From: Alphaproteobacteria bacterium
Lineage (GTDB): Bacteria > Pseudomonadota > Alphaproteobacteria > GM7ARS4 > G965262615
DNA length: 64,000 nucleotides
Reading direction: 5' to 3'
NCBI GenBank assembly: GCA_965262615.1
Contig: OZ253545.1
Coordinates: forward strand, 416,001 to 480,000
The notes below the pieces were generated by a model, which ran no database searches, had not been told where the DNA came from, and saw only the letters and a program-made list of their open reading frames with translations. Made by a program: the position numbers and the translations under genes. Of the stretch, positions 1 through 11,291 are shown in pieces. The first letter of the stretch is position 1, and each line of letters opens with the position of its first letter.

Positions 1-1
1 A

Positions 2-535
<534 letters not shown>

Positions 536-537
536 TC

Positions 538-921
538 ATGGATCAGGCACTGCACTGCCGTCTGCTGACACCTCACAGCATCTGTTTTGAAGGGGAAGTG
601 GAGCGGGTCATGATGCCCGGTCGTGATGGACGGTTTGGCGTTTTGCCCCGTCACATGTGGCTGCTCAGTGAGTTAAAAATGGGACTGGTGGTGCTGAAGA
701 ACGCCAAGCAGCACCATTGCTTTTTTATTGATGGCGGATGCACGGAAGTCACGGCAAATTCTTGTGTCATTCTCGCCGATGACGCACAGGACATGGCGCA
801 GTTTGACCGCAAAGCCTGCCAAAAAGACCATGATGCCGCCGTGCAAAAAGGAGACCCCATCAAAGCCTCTCGTTTGCACGCCATGATGCAAGCTCATGAT
901 GCCAACAAGCGTCTCACTTGA
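538..921 (+). CDS. atpC: ATP synthase epsilon chain
   Basis: Follows atpD; LLTP...MPGRDGRFGVLPRH N-terminal beta-sandwich pattern; short C-terminal helix. Confidence 0.9.
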   Translation: MDQALHCRLLTPHSICFEGEVERVMMPGRDGRFGVLPRHMWLLSELKMGLVVLKNAKQHHCFFIDGGCTEVTANSCVILADDAQDMAQFDRKACQKDHDAAVQKGDPIKASRLHAMMQAHDANKRLT

Positions 922-1399
922 TAATGGCGCGCTGGCGCAATTCTGCAAAAACCCTTGTGTATGTCTCTCGTTTGAATGAAATGGCACACTCAATCACCTC
1001 GTTGGGTGATGCCCATCGCCAGCGAGTGAATTCGGGGTGCGAGGTGTCCAGATTGATGTGGGAGTCATCGCCATGAAAGCGCAGAGCAAACCACTTTTGT
1101 TTTTGTCCGATGAAGCGTCCGTTCCATAGTTTTTTAATCAATGGTGGTGGCAGGTCGTAATAATACCATCGCTGGCAGCTGCCCAGCACGGTGACAGTAT
1201 GTGACGGAATGGATGTTTCCTCTTCGAGCTCTCGCAGTGCCCCTGCGATTGGCTCTTCATCATCATGAATTCCGCCTTGGGGCATCTGCCATGCATCGGT
1301 TTTGATGTCTCTGCGTTGGGCGACAAAGATGTCGTCATGGCTGTTGAGAAGCACAATGCCCGCACAGGCGCGATAGTGGAAGTCAGATGGGACGCTCAT
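914..1399 (-). CDS. rppH: RNA pyrophosphohydrolase (Nudix)
   Basis: YRACAG, WQMPQGG, Nudix box ALRELEEET, GQKQKWF; start placed at MSVPSDF. Confidence 0.92.
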   Translation of the reverse strand: MSVPSDFHYRACAGIVLLNSHDDIFVAQRRDIKTDAWQMPQGGIHDDEEPIAGALRELEEETSIPSHTVTVLGSCQRWYYYDLPPPLIKKLWNGRFIGQKQKWFALRFHGDDSHINLDTSHPEFTRWRWASPNEVIECAISFKRETYTRVFAELRQRAIIK

Positions 1400-2705
1400 C
1401 ACGGCGCGCGATGGCAAGGCTACGCAATAAATCCAGTGCGCGCGCCAATTGATAGTCTTCAATGAGGGAGGGGTCGGTCACTGAATCGGTTTCGTTTTCG
1501 GCATTGTCTTGGCTTTTGCCGTGTTCCGTTCCTTTGTCCAATGCCCCTTCAAGGTCACTTTCGTGGCGGCTCTGTCCTTGTAGAAATTCAATGCGCCCTT
1601 GAGGAACAACAATATGAGGCTCAATGCCTTCGGCTTGAATGGAGCGTCCCGATGGCGTGTAGTAACGAGCGGTGGTCATGCGCAATCCGGTGTTGTTGGG
1701 CATGGGACGAATGGTCTGCACCGAACCCTTGCCAAAAGAGCGCGTGCCCATGATGATTGCCCGCTCATGATCGCGCAACGCCCCCGCCACAATCTCCGAT
1801 GCCGATGCCGAACCACTGTTAATCAAAACCACAAGAGGAAAGTCACGAGCCAAATCGCCTTCTTTGGCATTAAAGCGATACATGTCATCTTCATGACGCC
1901 CGCGGGTGGAGACGATTTCTCCATGATCCAGAAAAGCATCGCTCACGGCGATGGCTTGATCCAACAAGCCGCCGGGGTTGTTGCGCAAGTCAATCACAAA
2001 ACCCACCAAATTGGCGTTATCCTTTTTGATGGTGGCGATGGCTTTTTCCAGCTGTTGATAAGTCTTCTCATTGAAGGTGCTGATGCGAATGTAGCCCACA
2101 TCGCCTTCTTGACGAGATTTCACCGCTTGAATGTTAATCACATCGCGAATGATGGTCACTTCTTGAGGATCCACACCTTCGCGCAAAATCATCACACGAA
2201 TGGGCGTTCCCACCTTGCCGCGCATTTTGCGCACCGCCTCATTGAGAGTCATGCCAAAGACGGGGTCATCATCAATTTGACTGATAAAATCTCCTGCCTG
2301 CAAGCCTGCATTGGCGGCGGGGGTGTCATCAATGGGAGACACCACTTTCACAAGCCCCTCTTCCATCGTCACTTCAATACCCAAGCCACCAAAATCACCT
2401 CGTGTTTGTTCCCGCATCTCGTCAAAGGATTCCGCACTCAAAAAAGCCGAGTGAGGATCAAGAGAGCGCAGCATGCCATCAATGGCAGATTCAATCAGTT
2501 TCTTTGCCTCAGGCATCTCCACATAATCTTTTTGGATGATATCAAAAGCCTGACCAAACAATTGCAGCTGTTGATAGACATCTTCCTTCTTTTGAGGATG
2601 GGGCGATGGGGATTCGTTTTGAGCATGCGCGGCAGCAACGGACAGACATAAAACAGCCATCACCGCCAATCCTTGATACCTTGTGCTAAAAGAACGCATC
2701 GTCAT
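1383..2705 (-). CDS. ctpA: Carboxyl-terminal processing protease (S41)
   Basis: Signal peptide, LDPHS, PDZ (GGLGIEV), DLRNNPGGLL, SASASEIVAG, FGKGSVQ, TTARYYTPSG. Confidence 0.95.
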   Translation of the reverse strand: MTMRSFSTRYQGLAVMAVLCLSVAAAHAQNESPSPHPQKKEDVYQQLQLFGQAFDIIQKDYVEMPEAKKLIESAIDGMLRSLDPHSAFLSAESFDEMREQTRGDFGGLGIEVTMEEGLVKVVSPIDDTPAANAGLQAGDFISQIDDDPVFGMTLNEAVRKMRGKVGTPIRVMILREGVDPQEVTIIRDVINIQAVKSRQEGDVGYIRISTFNEKTYQQLEKAIATIKKDNANLVGFVIDLRNNPGGLLDQAIAVSDAFLDHGEIVSTRGRHEDDMYRFNAKEGDLARDFPLVVLINSGSASASEIVAGALRDHERAIIMGTRSFGKGSVQTIRPMPNNTGLRMTTARYYTPSGRSIQAEGIEPHIVVPQGRIEFLQGQSRHESDLEGALDKGTEHGKSQDNAENETDSVTDPSLIEDYQLARALDLLRSLAIARRDERPI

Positions 2706-2748
2706 GATTTTTCAACAAACGACAATATAGGAAATATTGTTTGATAAC

Positions 2749-3969
2749 TCAACCACCGCTTGTGTTGAGAGTCCATTGTTTTTGCTCAAACCATGTGACG
2801 GGATCGATGGGTGAGAGATGGTGGCGCAATTCGTAATGAAGGGTGGCGGGGTCGTCTTGTGAGGAGATCGTTCCGATGGGTTCGCTGGGTGTGACTTGTT
2901 GTCCGATGCCCACCAGAATTGTGGCGAGGTGGGACATCACGCTATGATACGAATCTCCATGATCAATGATCATCACTCGTCCCAAGGATTGAAATTGGGC
3001 GGCATAGATGACCGTTCCATACCACGGTGCTAAAACAGCCGTTCCCGCGGGAGCGGTCAGATTGATGCCATCTCCTTCTCGTTGCGATGACAGAATTTTT
3101 TGCAGTGGCAAAACAAGAGACTCCTTGCTTTGGGCAAAAGGCGCGCGCGGCGCAGTGCTTTCTGCGGATGAACTTTTTTCTTGAATTTCTTCTTGTGTGC
3201 GCTGGTGTGCCACTTGAGGATTGATGGAATGAGTTTCTTGAGTGTTTTCTTTTGGCGGCGATAGGTGTTCAATCAATTGACGCAAATCGGTGGCTTTTTT
3301 TGATAATTGGTCAATGCGTGCGTCCTCACTTTTGATTTGATAGGAGACTTTTTGCAATTGGTCTTGTTTGCGGCGAATCAATTGGTAGAGCTGGTCTTCT
3401 TCTTTTTGCAATTGGTCTTGCTGCTGTTTTTGCTTTTCTTTGAGAGCCGCCAGTTGATATCCTCGCTGTGCCACTTGTTCAATGGTGGTGCGGGTTTGGG
3501 TCATCATGTCGCGAAGGGGTCTTTCAATGGCGTTGAGAATGATGGCATTTTGCACACGGCGATGTGCCTCTTCAGCACCCATGATGGTGGCAGAATCAGA
3601 GCGCAACGCCAGCAGGCTCATGGCACTGACCACATCTTCTATTTTTTTACTGCTTGCCGATAGATTTTTGCGTTGCTGTTGTTGAGCCATGGCAAGGGCT
3701 GTCAGCTGCTGACTTGTGGCTCTGGCATCCTTTTGCAACTGATGAAGTCTTTGCGATTGTTTCGCAAGAGCATTGCTGACACGCGTCAGTTCGTCTTGCA
3801 ATTGGTCTTCATAGTCGGCAAGGCGTTTTTTTTGTTGCTTGGCTCTTGTGAGCTGGTCTTCAACGGTGGTCATGCGCTCTTGCGTTTGTGTGAGATCATT
3901 GCCGCCCGCGCGCGCCTCACCATGAATCAAAGTCATGGAGAGAAAAACAATTGCGATAAAGCGTGTCAT
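2749..3969 (-). CDS. envC: Murein hydrolase activator EnvC-like (coiled coil + degenerate M23)
   Basis: Signal peptide, long Q/K-rich coiled coil, C-terminal IIDHG...LHYELR M23-like domain; gpmI-envC-ctpA order. Confidence 0.85.
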   Translation of the reverse strand: MTRFIAIVFLSMTLIHGEARAGGNDLTQTQERMTTVEDQLTRAKQQKKRLADYEDQLQDELTRVSNALAKQSQRLHQLQKDARATSQQLTALAMAQQQQRKNLSASSKKIEDVVSAMSLLALRSDSATIMGAEEAHRRVQNAIILNAIERPLRDMMTQTRTTIEQVAQRGYQLAALKEKQKQQQDQLQKEEDQLYQLIRRKQDQLQKVSYQIKSEDARIDQLSKKATDLRQLIEHLSPPKENTQETHSINPQVAHQRTQEEIQEKSSSAESTAPRAPFAQSKESLVLPLQKILSSQREGDGINLTAPAGTAVLAPWYGTVIYAAQFQSLGRVMIIDHGDSYHSVMSHLATILVGIGQQVTPSEPIGTISSQDDPATLHYELRHHLSPIDPVTWFEQKQWTLNTSGG

Positions 3970-3983
3970 GATGGCATTAAGGG

Positions 3984-5510
3984 CTAAAAATCGCTCCAAA
4001 TCAATGAGTGCCCATTCATGGCTTTTGGTTTCTCAAGTTCCATGATGTGCAAGATGGTGGGAGCAATGTCCGCCAAGCGACCTGTTTCTTTGAGTGTGAG
4101 ATTTTTGGCGGTCACGGCAATGAAGGGAACAGGATGCAGCGTGTGAAAGGTGTGAGGTTGTTTTGATGCGTCATCCACCATCTGTTCGGCGTTGCCATGG
4201 TCGGCGGTGACCAACACCGTGATGCCATGTTTTTGTGCCATATCGCACAATCGTCCGAGGGCTTGATCCACCGCTTCCACCGCTTGAATGGCGGCATCCA
4301 GCTGTCCTGTGTGTCCCACCATGTCGGGATTGGCAAAATTGAGAACGATGAGAGAATAGACATTTTGTTGCATGGCATGCAATGCCGCCTCAGTGATGTC
4401 ATCGGCGGACATGGCGGGGGTTTCGTCATAGGTTGCCACCCGTGGGGAAGGGATGAGCGCGCGCTCCTCACCGCCAAATGGCTCTTCTCTGCCGCCATTG
4501 AAAAAATAGGTCACATGGGCGTATTTTTCGGTCTCCGCCAGACGCAATTGCTTCAGATGATGATGGGCAATCACGCTTCCCAGTGTGTCTTGGGGAACAT
4601 AGGGCGGAAACATGGCATCAATGAAGCGATTGAGTCGCAGCGAATAGGAAGTCATGCCAATGGCGGCGGCAAAGGAGGGATGACGGGGGCGGTCAAATTC
4701 GTGCCACTCATCATCCAGCAGCGACAACAAAATCTGCCTGACTCGGTCGGCACGAAAATTGCTCATCAGCAAGCCATCACCATCGGTCACGCCGTCATAA
4801 TCGCCGATGACGATGGGAGGAATGAACTCATCGCTCAAGCCTTGCTCATAAAATGAGTGGATGGCAGTGATTGAATCGTTATGACGAGGCGCATCACCCA
4901 TCACGATGGCGCGCCAAGATTTCTCGGTGCGCTCCCAGCGGCGATCGCGATCCATCGTGTAATAGCGTCCGCTCATCGTGCCGATGGAGGCGCGCGGGCA
5001 GTCATGCAGGAGTGCAATGAAATCTTGCATGAAGGGAATGGCACTCATGGGAGCGGTGTCTCTGCCGTCCAAAATGGCATGAATAATGACCGTCACATCG
5101 GCATCATGCAAAGCTCTGACCAATTGAATCACATGATGCTGATGACCATGAACGCCACCAGGGGACATCAATCCCAACAGATGCACGGGCCCGCCTTGCA
5201 TGCGAGCGGCAAAAGAAGCAAAGGCATCATTGTGAATGATGCCGTGATCAATTGCCTCATTGATGCGCAGCACATCTTGCAAAATCACCCGCCCCGCTCC
5301 AATGTTGATATGCCCCACTTCCGAATTGCCCACCTGTCCATCGGGCAGACCCACATCCTTGCCGCAGGCATGCAGCAGGCAGTGAGGATAGCAATTCCAC
5401 AAGCGGTCAAAAACGGGGGTGTGTGCCAAATGAATGGCGTTATCGGGTGCATCGTCTCTCATGCCCCAGCCGTCAAGAATACAAAGCAAACAGGGAGAGA
5501 CGGCAGGCAC
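3984..5510 (-). CDS. gpmI: 2,3-bisphosphoglycerate-independent phosphoglycerate mutase
   Basis: ILDGWG, GNSEVGH, DGRDT, AETEKYAHVT, NPDMVGHTG, TADHGNAE. Confidence 0.97.
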   Translation of the reverse strand: MPAVSPCLLCILDGWGMRDDAPDNAIHLAHTPVFDRLWNCYPHCLLHACGKDVGLPDGQVGNSEVGHINIGAGRVILQDVLRINEAIDHGIIHNDAFASFAARMQGGPVHLLGLMSPGGVHGHQHHVIQLVRALHDADVTVIIHAILDGRDTAPMSAIPFMQDFIALLHDCPRASIGTMSGRYYTMDRDRRWERTEKSWRAIVMGDAPRHNDSITAIHSFYEQGLSDEFIPPIVIGDYDGVTDGDGLLMSNFRADRVRQILLSLLDDEWHEFDRPRHPSFAAAIGMTSYSLRLNRFIDAMFPPYVPQDTLGSVIAHHHLKQLRLAETEKYAHVTYFFNGGREEPFGGEERALIPSPRVATYDETPAMSADDITEAALHAMQQNVYSLIVLNFANPDMVGHTGQLDAAIQAVEAVDQALGRLCDMAQKHGITVLVTADHGNAEQMVDDASKQPHTFHTLHPVPFIAVTAKNLTLKETGRLADIAPTILHIMELEKPKAMNGHSLIWSDF

Positions 5511-5522
5511 TGACGACTTCCA

Positions 5523-6017
5523 TTATCTTTTGCTTTTTTTGAAAGAAACTTTCACAATTTCATAAGAATGCACACCGCCAGGGGTGGTGACTTCCACACT
5601 ATCGCCCGATGTTTTATTGATGAGGGCGCGCGCCAGCGGCGAATCAATGGAAAGACGCCCCTGATTGACATCCGATTCATCACCGCCAACGATTTGGTAT
5701 TCTTTTTTCTCGCCACTGTCTTCATCTTCTAAAAAGACATAAGCTCCGAAAATGACCCGATTGCCCGACAGTTTGCTGATATCAATGACCTCGGCATGAC
5801 CGATTTTAGCCTCCAATTCGGTGATTCTGCCTTCAATGAGTCCTTGTCGTTCCCGTGCGGCGTGATATTCGGCATTTTCTGATAAATCACCATGTTCGCG
5901 CGCCGCCGCAATGGCTTGAATCACGGCTGGTCTCTCGCTGTTTTTGAGATTTTCCAGCTCCGCTTTGAGCTTCTGATAGCCATCCATTGTCATGGGGTAT
6001 TTGACTGTATCACTCAT
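5523..6017 (-). CDS. greA: Transcription elongation factor GreA
   Basis: AREHGDLSENAEYHAA, SPLARALI. Confidence 0.97.
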   Translation of the reverse strand: MSDTVKYPMTMDGYQKLKAELENLKNSERPAVIQAIAAAREHGDLSENAEYHAARERQGLIEGRITELEAKIGHAEVIDISKLSGNRVIFGAYVFLEDEDSGEKKEYQIVGGDESDVNQGRLSIDSPLARALINKTSGDSVEVTTPGGVHSYEIVKVSFKKSKR

Positions 6018-6044
6018 GCTGCCCGTTCATTGTGGTGAAATCAA

Positions 6045-9000
6045 TCAGGACACAATGGCGGTATCAAAGTATTTTTGCAAGGGCTTGACATCCAAAGAAT
6101 GACTTTTCAGTGCCACAATTGTCTCCATCATGGCGGACGCTCCCGTGATGGTGGTGCAGTAGGGGATGGAACAGGTGAGTGCCATGCGTCTGAGAGTGAG
6201 GCTGTCTTTTTTTGCCTGTTCGCCATCACTGGTATTGATGATCAGTTGAAATTGATTTTTTGCGATATAATCCAAGCTGTTGGGGCTTCCTTCTTTGACT
6301 TTGCGAATGGGGGTGGTCTCAATGTCGTGTTTTTCGAGCCATTGGGCTGTTCCTTTGGTGGCGGCAATGGTAAATCCTGTGTCTTGCAGTTGCTGGGCAA
6401 TGACTTTCGTCATTTCTTTTTTGTCATTATCTCGCACGGAGATCAACACAGTGCCTTTTTCGGGAATGGTCGCGCCCGCCGCCAATTGTGACTTGGCAAA
6501 GGCGTAGGGAAAATGCGAGTCTATTCCCATCACTTCACCAGTAGATTTCATTTCAGGTCCCAGCAATGGGTCGCTGCCCGGAAAGCGATGAAAGGGAAAA
6601 ACTGCTTCCTTGACTGCTACATGTTTCGCTTTATTCCACCATGAGTCATGCAGATTGAATTGAGGCAGTGTTGCCCCCAGCATCAGCTGAGTGGCGATGG
6701 AGACAAGAGGCAGGCGCGATGCTTTGGCAATAAAGGGCACGGTGCGACTGGCTCGAGGATTGGCTTCTATGATGAAAATCTCATCGCCTCTGATGGCATA
6801 CTGCACATTGAGCAAGCCACAGACCTTCAATTCTTGTGCCAGTGCGGTGGTGTGTCGTTCCAGTTGGCTGATTATTTGCGGTGCGAGCGAGCGCGGCGGC
6901 AGCCAACACGCCGAGTCGCCCGAATGAATCCCCGCCTCTTCAATATGCTCCATGATGCCCGCAATATAGACATTGCCCTTGCTGTCCGCGAGGCTGTCCA
7001 CATCCACCTCAATGGCATCGTGCAGGAAGGAATCAATCAGCAAGGGTGATTGTTTGCTGATGGCATCGGCATTGTGAATGTACTGCTCAAGCATTGATTC
7101 ATTATAGACAATCTGCATCGCCCGCCCGCCCAGCACATAGGAAGGGCGCAAAATCACGGGAAAGCCGATGGTGCGCGCATGGCTCACGGCTTCATCGGCG
7201 GAATTGGCGGTGGCATTGCGCGGTTGTTTGAGGTGCAACTGGCTCACCAAACGACTGAAAAGCTGACGATCCTCACTGGTATCAATGGAAGACAGAGGCG
7301 TGCCCAGCAGGGGAATTCCTGCCTCATGAAGCGCGTGACTCAAGCGCAACGGCGTCTGTCCGCCAAATTGGGTGATGACACCCAGAAGGTCGCCACGGCT
7401 TTGTTCCTTGCGAGCGATGGCAATCACATCCTCCGCCGTCAGAGGTTCAAAATACAGGCGATCAGATATGTCATAGTCGGTGGAGACCGTCTCGGGATTG
7501 CAATTGACCATGATGCTACAAATTTCTTTTTCTTTGAGGGCAAAGGCGGCATGCACACAGCAATAGTCAAACTCAATGCCTTGTCCGATGCGATTGGCTC
7601 CACTGCCCACAATCATTACCTTGCGGCATGGGGGCGGGTCAGATTCGCAGCTGGCGGCGGCGTTGTGAGAAAAAGCATGATCATGCCATGTGCTGTACAT
7701 ATAGGCGGTGGTGGAAGGAAACTCACTGCTGCAGCTGTCAATGCGTTTGTAGATGGGACCCTGCAGCTGTGCTTTTTTTTGCTCATCATGCACTGTGGCA
7801 AGAGACTGCTTGGTTAGGTGGGCAATGCGCGCATCGCAAAAACCCATCGCCTTGAGTTGTGACCATTGATGCGCGTTGTGAGGCAGTCCGTCTTTTTGTA
7901 ATTGATGCTCGCGCGCCAAAATTTTTTCCAGCTCATGCAAAAACCAAGAGTCATAGTGGGATTGTTTTTGAATACGCTCAATGCCCAATTTGCGTCTGAG
8001 AGCTTCGGCGATGAGCAGCAACCGTTGCGGATGGGTGATGGCGAGAGCTTTGAGCAACGCCTCATCGTCCATGTCGCGCGCATAGGTGGGACAGTCCAAT
8101 CCTGTGGCTTTGGAATTGATGGCGCGCAAAGCTTTTTGCAGTGATTCGGCAAAGCTGCGTCCGATTGCCATCACCTCGCCCACCGATTTCATGGATGTGC
8201 CCAGCAAGGGGGAGCTTTCGGGAAATTTTTCAAAACTAAAGCGGGGGATTTTCGTGACAATATAATCCAGTGTTGGTTCAAAGGAGGCGGGTGTGACACC
8301 TCCGGTGATGTCATTGGCAATTTCATCCAGATGATATCCCACCGCCAGTTTGGCGGCGACACGAGCAATGGGAAACCCAGTGGCTTTGGATGCCAACGCC
8401 GAGGAACGAGACACACGGGGATTGGCTTCAATCACCAGCAATTGACCGTCCGCAGGATTGACGGCAAATTGAACATTAGAGCCTCCCGTCTCCACACCGA
8501 TTTTGCGTAGCACCGCAATGGAGGCTTCTCGCATGATTTGATATTCCTTATCGGTGAGAGTCAGAGCAGGCGCAACGGTGATGGAGTCTCCCGTGTGAAC
8601 GCCCATGGGATCCACATTTTCAATGGAACAGACGATGATGCAGTTGTCTTTTTTGTCTCGCACCACCTCCATCTCAAATTCTTTCCATCCCACGATGGAT
8701 TGCTCCACGATGACACTGCCCACAGGAGATGCGGCAATGGCGGCTTGGGTTTGGGTTTTGAGTTCATCCTCATTGTGAGCAATGCCGCCGCCATATCCTC
8801 CCAAGGTAAAGGAGGGGCGTAAAATCACAGGAAAGCCGATGGTGCGCGCCACCGCCAGAGAATCCGACACATTGGATACCTCCTCGCCGCGCACGCAACG
8901 CAAACCGATGTCGTGCATTGCTTGGCGAAATTGCTCACGCGATTCGGCTGTTTCAATGGCAGAGCGAGATGCGCCAATCAGTTCCACATCGTATTGGCGC

Positions 9001-9323
9001 AAAATTCCCGTCCCATCCAGCGTCACCGCAAGATTGAGGGCGGTCTGTCCGCCCATGGTGGCAAGCAGCGCATTCGGACGCTCAGACGCTATGATCTTTT
9101 CCAAAAAGTAAGGTGTCAAAGGCTCAATGTATGTGGCATCCGCCAGGTCGGGGTCTGTCATGATTGTGGCGGGATTTGAATTGACCAAAATCACTTTGTA
9201 GCCATCTTCCTTGAGAGCCTTGATGGCTTGCACACCGGAATAATCAAATTCACACGCCTGCCCAATCATGATGGGGCCCGCGCCGATGACCAGAATGCTG
9301 GATAAATCAGAACGGCGAGGCAT
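6045..9323 (-). CDS. carB: Carbamoyl-phosphate synthase large subunit
   Basis: [21 protein letters not shown], two ATP-grasp repeats, C-terminal MGS domain; ATG overlaps lysS stop (TGATG). Confidence 0.98.
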   Translation of the reverse strand: MPRRSDLSSILVIGAGPIMIGQACEFDYSGVQAIKALKEDGYKVILVNSNPATIMTDPDLADATYIEPLTPYFLEKIIASERPNALLATMGGQTALNLAVTLDGTGILRQYDVELIGASRSAIETAESREQFRQAMHDIGLRCVRGEEVSNVSDSLAVARTIGFPVILRPSFTLGGYGGGIAHNEDELKTQTQAAIAASPVGSVIVEQSIVGWKEFEMEVVRDKKDNCIIVCSIENVDPMGVHTGDSITVAPALTLTDKEYQIMREASIAVLRKIGVETGGSNVQFAVNPADGQLLVIEANPRVSRSSALASKATGFPIARVAAKLAVGYHLDEIANDITGGVTPASFEPTLDYIVTKIPRFSFEKFPESSPLLGTSMKSVGEVMAIGRSFAESLQKALRAINSKATGLDCPTYARDMDDEALLKALAITHPQRLLLIAEALRRKLGIERIQKQSHYDSWFLHELEKILAREHQLQKDGLPHNAHQWSQLKAMGFCDARIAHLTKQSLATVHDEQKKAQLQGPIYKRIDSCSSEFPSTTAYMYSTWHDHAFSHNAAASCESDPPPCRKVMIVGSGANRIGQGIEFDYCCVHAAFALKEKEICSIMVNCNPETVSTDYDISDRLYFEPLTAEDVIAIARKEQSRGDLLGVITQFGGQTPLRLSHALHEAGIPLLGTPLSSIDTSEDRQLFSRLVSQLHLKQPRNATANSADEAVSHARTIGFPVILRPSYVLGGRAMQIVYNESMLEQYIHNADAISKQSPLLIDSFLHDAIEVDVDSLADSKGNVYIAGIMEHIEEAGIHSGDSACWLPPRSLAPQIISQLERHTTALAQELKVCGLLNVQYAIRGDEIFIIEANPRASRTVPFIAKASRLPLVSIATQLMLGATLPQFNLHDSWWNKAKHVAVKEAVFPFHRFPGSDPLLGPEMKSTGEVMGIDSHFPYAFAKSQLAAGATIPEKGTVLISVRDNDKKEMTKVIAQQLQDTGFTIAATKGTAQWLEKHDIETTPIRKVKEGSPNSLDYIAKNQFQLIINTSDGEQAKKDSLTLRRMALTCSIPYCTTITGASAMMETIVALKSHSLDVKPLQKYFDTAIVS

Positions 9324-10891
9324 CAATCGCCTTCTCTTTTGAGGGCATCATCAATCAGAGCCACAGTCGCCTCAACGCCGTAGAAGGCGATGAAAGAACC
9401 CAAGCGAGGACCCTCACGCTGTCCCAACAAAACCCGATAGAGCATAGAAAACCAATCCTTACTGCTTTCATAGCCATTCTCTTTGCCACTGGCACGATAG
9501 GTGTCGTAGAGGCAATTTTGAATGGTGACACCATCATGCTGAGTGAGACCATCCAGTGATGTTTTCAAATCTAGCAGACAGTGCATGATGGGTTCATCGG
9601 GAATTTCATATTGTTTTTGCGGGAGAATAAAATCATGATAATAATTCATGGCACATGCCACCAATTGATCCAGCAAAGGATTCATACCTTCGTGAAGACG
9701 AGAATCATATTGTCTGAGAAAATTCCACAAGACCGATTCATGGTGGGCGTTGCAAGCGGATGCCAGATTGAGAATCATGGAGAACGCTGGCAGACCGCTC
9801 GCGTCTGGCAATTCGCCATCATGAATGATGGACAACGGGTTGGCGCGATGAGGTGTGGTTTGATTGCGATAGTTTTTCAATTCGTCCAGCCAAGCGTCTG
9901 TCATGCGCGGGATGACATCAAAATACAGACGCTTTGCTCGGCGCGGGTGTTGATACATGAAGTAGCGTAGTGAATCTGGCGGTGCGTAGCGCAGCCACTT
10001 CTCCATAGAGATTCCATTGCCTTTGGATTTTGAGATTTTTTCGCCATGTTCATCCAGAAAAAGTTCATAGATAAAATGGCACGGCGGCTTTTTATTGAGC
10101 AGGAGGCTGATTTCTGCCGACAGCTGCAAAGAATCGGTGAGATCCTTGCCCGCCATCTCATAATCCACATCCATGGCTGCCCAGCGCATTGCCCAATCGG
10201 CGCGCCATTGCAGCTTGACGCGCCCACCCGTCACAGGCGTGGTGATGTCGCGTCCCTCATGACGGTAAGTGATGGTGGAATCATGGATGTCGGTGGCAAC
10301 AATGGGCACTTCCAGCACGCGTCCTGTGGTGGGGCAGATGGGAAGAAAGGGACTGTAGTCATCGCGCCTCTCTTTTCCCAGAACGGGACGCACAATCTCG
10401 CACACCGCATCATGATGGAACAGAATCTTCTGTAACATTTTGTCATAGGCACCGCTTTGGTAGAGCTGCGTTGCCGATTGAAAATCATAAGAAAAACCAA
10501 ATTGATTGAGAAATTCCTGCAGCAAAGCATTGTTGTGAGCGGCGTAGCTCTCATGTGTGCCAAAGGGGTCGGGAATGGCACTCAGTGGCTTGCCCAAATT
10601 CTTCTCCAGCATGGCTGGCTGAGGAATGTGATCGGGAACGGAACGCAGACCATCCATGTCATCAGAAAAGACATATAAGTGAGTGGTGGCATTGGTCATT
10701 TTGCTGAAGGCTTTGCGTACCATTGCCGTGCGCGCCACCTCGCCAAATGTGCCAATGTGAGGCAGTCCTGAAGGGCCATAGCCAGTGGCAAACAACACAT
10801 AGCCCTTGTTGGGAATTTTTTCTTCTAAGTGATGCCAGAGTTTCTGTGCTTCCTTTCTGGGCCAAGTAGGGGCATTTGAGGGCTGTGACAT
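9323..10891 (-). CDS. lysS: Lysine--tRNA ligase, class I
   Basis: [32 protein letters not shown]. Confidence 0.96.
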   Translation of the reverse strand: MSQPSNAPTWPRKEAQKLWHHLEEKIPNKGYVLFATGYGPSGLPHIGTFGEVARTAMVRKAFSKMTNATTHLYVFSDDMDGLRSVPDHIPQPAMLEKNLGKPLSAIPDPFGTHESYAAHNNALLQEFLNQFGFSYDFQSATQLYQSGAYDKMLQKILFHHDAVCEIVRPVLGKERRDDYSPFLPICPTTGRVLEVPIVATDIHDSTITYRHEGRDITTPVTGGRVKLQWRADWAMRWAAMDVDYEMAGKDLTDSLQLSAEISLLLNKKPPCHFIYELFLDEHGEKISKSKGNGISMEKWLRYAPPDSLRYFMYQHPRRAKRLYFDVIPRMTDAWLDELKNYRNQTTPHRANPLSIIHDGELPDASGLPAFSMILNLASACNAHHESVLWNFLRQYDSRLHEGMNPLLDQLVACAMNYYHDFILPQKQYEIPDEPIMHCLLDLKTSLDGLTQHDGVTIQNCLYDTYRASGKENGYESSKDWFSMLYRVLLGQREGPRLGSFIAFYGVEATVALIDDALKREGD

Positions 10892-10964
10892 GGGGTGGTC
10901 GTGATGTTGCGTGTTGGTGATGAATATTTTATAACCTACCTATCACGCAACAGGTTCATCGGCA

Positions 10965-11291
10965 ATGACGAAACAGCAACAAGAACGACAAACGGCGCAA
11001 GTGATTACCGCTAATCGCTTGCTGGATGGTGAGGTGGTCTATAAGGCAAAGGGCGAGCGATGGGTGACGCGCGTCTCGCAAGCTCAGCTGCTCAATGACG
11101 ACACACAATGTGAAAATGCTCTGCAATGGGCGGCACAGCAAGAAGAGCAGTGCGTCATCACGGGAGCTTATGTGATTGATGTTTTTTGCGACAAGGACAT
11201 TGTGCCGGTCTCGCTGCGAGAGACCATTCGCTCGCAAGGTCCCACTTCTGAGAAATGGGTTGGCAAGCAAAGTGCAGAGGCGAGGCAATAA
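10965..11291 (+). CDS. DUF2849 domain protein (sulfite reductase-associated)
   Basis: VITANRLLDGEVVY and RETIRSQGPT motifs; stop overlaps cysI start (TAATG). Confidence 0.85.
   Translation: MTKQQQERQTAQVITANRLLDGEVVYKAKGERWVTRVSQAQLLNDDTQCENALQWAAQQEEQCVITGAYVIDVFCDKDIVPVSLRETIRSQGPTSEKWVGKQSAEARQ

Noticed and set aside
1599-2651. 350 aa plus-strand ORF, and similar long antisense ORFs at 43773-44690, 50486-51502 and 58842-59894
   Set aside because: They lie fully opposite well-supported genes (ctpA, groEL, pqqC, nuoF) and have no recognisable motifs; shadow ORFs.
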